From: Nitrososphaeraceae archaeon
Lineage (GTDB): Archaea; Thermoproteota; Nitrososphaeria; Nitrososphaerales; Nitrososphaeraceae
NCBI GenBank assembly: GCA_035297365.1
Contig: DATGZA010000067.1
Coordinates: 1 to 64,000, forward strand
Length of the DNA stretch: 64,000 bases
Reading direction: 5' to 3'
Below are positions 62,018 to 64,000 of the stretch, piece by piece. Numbering within the stretch: position 1 is the first letter of the stretch; each line of letters starts with the position of its first letter. The notes beneath the pieces are model-generated. The model saw nothing but the letters and a program-made list of their open reading frames with translations. It did no database searches and was not told where the DNA came from. Position numbers and translations under genes: made by a program.

Positions 62018-62939
62018 AAATATACTTAGTTTACAGGACCTGGATTTAAACGAGATCAGTATACTATTAGATCTTGCAGCAGGCCTTAAAAAAGAATTCA
62101 GATCAGGAAAATCAAAACCATTACTAAAAGGAAAAATATTGGGAATGATTTTTCAAAAACCTTCTACTCGTACAAGAGTGAGTTTTGAGACAGGTATGTT
62201 ACAACTTGGTGGTCATGCAATATTCTTGGGTTCAAATGATATACAATTGGCAAAAGGAGAAAGTATAGAAGATACTGCAAAAACTTTGTCATTGTATTTG
62301 GATTGCATTATGGCACGAGTATATGATCACAGTGATATTGAAAAATTATCAATTTTTTCAATCATTCCAGTTATAAACGGTCTGTCAGATCTTTTTCACC
62401 CTTGCCAAATACTTGCAGATCTTTTAACTATAAGAGAACATAAAACTAAATTAAAAGGCTTAAGTCTTGCGTGGATAGGAGATGGTTTCAATATTTGTAA
62501 CGATTTTCTTATAGGTTGTGCCAAAACCGGTATAAATATGACGGCAGCCTGTCCAAAAGGATACGAACCATTAAATTGGATAGTAAAACTTTCAAAAGAA
62601 GAAGGAAAAAAAACTGGATCTCAAATTTCGGTCGTAAATGATCCAATTAATGCTGTGAAAGACGCTGATATTGTTGTAACAGACACTTTTGTTTCACTTG
62701 GAAAGGATGATGAAAAAATCCAAAGAGAACAAATTTTTCTTCCAAAATATCAAGTAAATTCAGAACTTTTAAGGTACGCAAAAAATGATGTTATTTTTAT
62801 GCATTGTTTACCTGCAAAAAGAGGTCAAGAAGTCACCTCGGAAATAATAGATGGAAAATCATCTGTTGTTTGGGATGAAGCTGAAAATCGGATACATGTA
62901 CAAAAAGCATTGTTGTGTATGTTAATGAAAGCTTTTTAA
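61998..62939 (+). CDS. argF: Ornithine carbamoyltransferase
   Basis: STRTR, HPCQ, HCLP, EAENR. Confidence 0.96.
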   Translation: MKYLRNKNILSLQDLDLNEISILLDLAAGLKKEFRSGKSKPLLKGKILGMIFQKPSTRTRVSFETGMLQLGGHAIFLGSNDIQLAKGESIEDTAKTLSLYLDCIMARVYDHSDIEKLSIFSIIPVINGLSDLFHPCQILADLLTIREHKTKLKGLSLAWIGDGFNICNDFLIGCAKTGINMTAACPKGYEPLNWIVKLSKEEGKKTGSQISVVNDPINAVKDADIVVTDTFVSLGKDDEKIQREQIFLPKYQVNSELLRYAKNDVIFMHCLPAKRGQEVTSEIIDGKSSVVWDEAENRIHVQKALLCMLMKAF

Positions 62940-63242
62940 ATTATATTAATTTTTTTTGCCAATTGAATATAATTAAAGATCGAATTCATTTGGAAAGCTA
63001 ATTTAACTATCTTAAATTTATAGAAAAATAAAATTTAGTTAAACGGTCTAATGTATAAATTCCCTAAAGATCAATCTTATAAGTATTACAAGCTTTAATG
63101 TGTTAGGATCTACATTTTGGATTTTTTTTAATTTTAATCTACGAAAAAAATAGATTTAATATTGCAAAAATAATTACTAAAAGTTTGTTTGTAAAAAATC
63201 ATAAACCAAAAATTATTTTCCATTTAAAAAAGAAAAGAAAGG

Positions 63243-63974
63243 TCATTTACGGTCCTTTAATCGGCCGCGCCCTGTTTTCCTTGGAGCTATGATTCCCACT
63301 TTTCTACCTGGTGGTGTATTTCTGCTGACAGAGGATTGACGACCTATATGTTGATGTCTTCCACCTCCGTGAGGATGATAAACTGCTGCTTGAGCAATTC
63401 CCCTGACTTTTGGATATAATTTACCATGTGCCTTCATGTATTTTGCTTTGTTTCCAGCTTTTAGGAAAGGCTTATCCGTTCTTCCTGCACCAGCTATAGT
63501 TCCTATCATAGCACGACACTTTTGATTAATAGTCATAAATTTTCCTGAAGGTAATTTTATTGTCACACCTTCAGTCGAATGGGAAAATACAACAGCCGAA
63601 GAACCAGCAGCCTTAATCAATTTTCCTCCATCTCCTGCATTCCTTTCTATATTGCAAATTATGGTTCCATCTGGGATAGATTCTAACGATAAAATATTTC
63701 TTGAAGTTGCAGGAGTACCATCTCCAGTTTGTATAATATTTCCTACAGCTGTACCTTCAGCTGCTGGAATAAAAGACATTATATCCTTATCAAATTTTAC
63801 CTTAGCTAAGGGAGCGTCTCTTCCTCTTTCGTGAACTATATCAACTACAGTACCAGAGTGTTTTTCATCTAATTTAAAATTTGGATATTTAGCTGCAGCA
63901 ATCTTTCCTACTTTAATTGCTCTAAATTGTTTACCTCCTCGTCCTCTTCTACGTACTAGTGGTCGTTTTCCCAA
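63243..63974 (-). CDS. rpl2: 50S ribosomal protein uL2
   Basis: MGKR..RRRGRG, HERGRDAP, VRGIA..HPHGGG, PPGRKVG. Confidence 0.98.
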   Translation of the reverse strand: MGKRPLVRRRGRGGKQFRAIKVGKIAAAKYPNFKLDEKHSGTVVDIVHERGRDAPLAKVKFDKDIMSFIPAAEGTAVGNIIQTGDGTPATSRNILSLESIPDGTIICNIERNAGDGGKLIKAAGSSAVVFSHSTEGVTIKLPSGKFMTINQKCRAMIGTIAGAGRTDKPFLKAGNKAKYMKAHGKLYPKVRGIAQAAVYHPHGGGRHQHIGRQSSVSRNTPPGRKVGIIAPRKTGRGRLKDRK

Positions 63975-64000
63975 AGTTAATCTAAAAGAATCGATCTATT

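Noticed and set aside
62940-63242. Spacer between convergent argF and rpl2
   Set aside because: Only T/A tracts consistent with terminators; no convincing ORF or stem found.

Overview
This is a very AT-rich archaeal chromosome segment, almost certainly from an ammonia-oxidising Nitrososphaerota (Thaumarchaeota) member of the Nitrososphaeraceae type. The call rests on archaeal informational genes, BHB-intron tRNAs, a bacterial-type grpE-dnaK-dnaJ, a class II HMG-CoA reductase, Amt and a Zfx-like ferredoxin. The first ~5 kb is accessory or decaying: an exported His-rich protein, a shattered exported-protein pseudogene and an IS3-family remnant. The rest is core genome: aIF1A, a his operon with an internal HAD phosphatase, Amt, aIF2-beta, a chaperone operon, two CPA2 antiporters, NAC/PUA and MBF1-HflX-Trm56, sulfite/nitrite reductase plus rhodanese, aspS-gatCAB, alaS-leuS, pfdA-ftsY-argF, rpl2 and two intron-containing tRNAs. 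No CRISPR, provirus or defence island is visible. The best leads are small. aIF1A has TTA where its conserved Met should be, overlapped by a 5-codon upstream ORF, which suggests autoregulation by start-codon stringency or a +1 frameshift. There are also two intergenic G-U-rich, K-turn-like hairpins (candidate ncRNAs), an uncalled zinc-finger microprotein next to tRNA-Phe, a C54 in tRNA-Phe, and a Zfx ferredoxin with an eroded Zn site. All family assignments come from motif recognition by eye, not from database searches.
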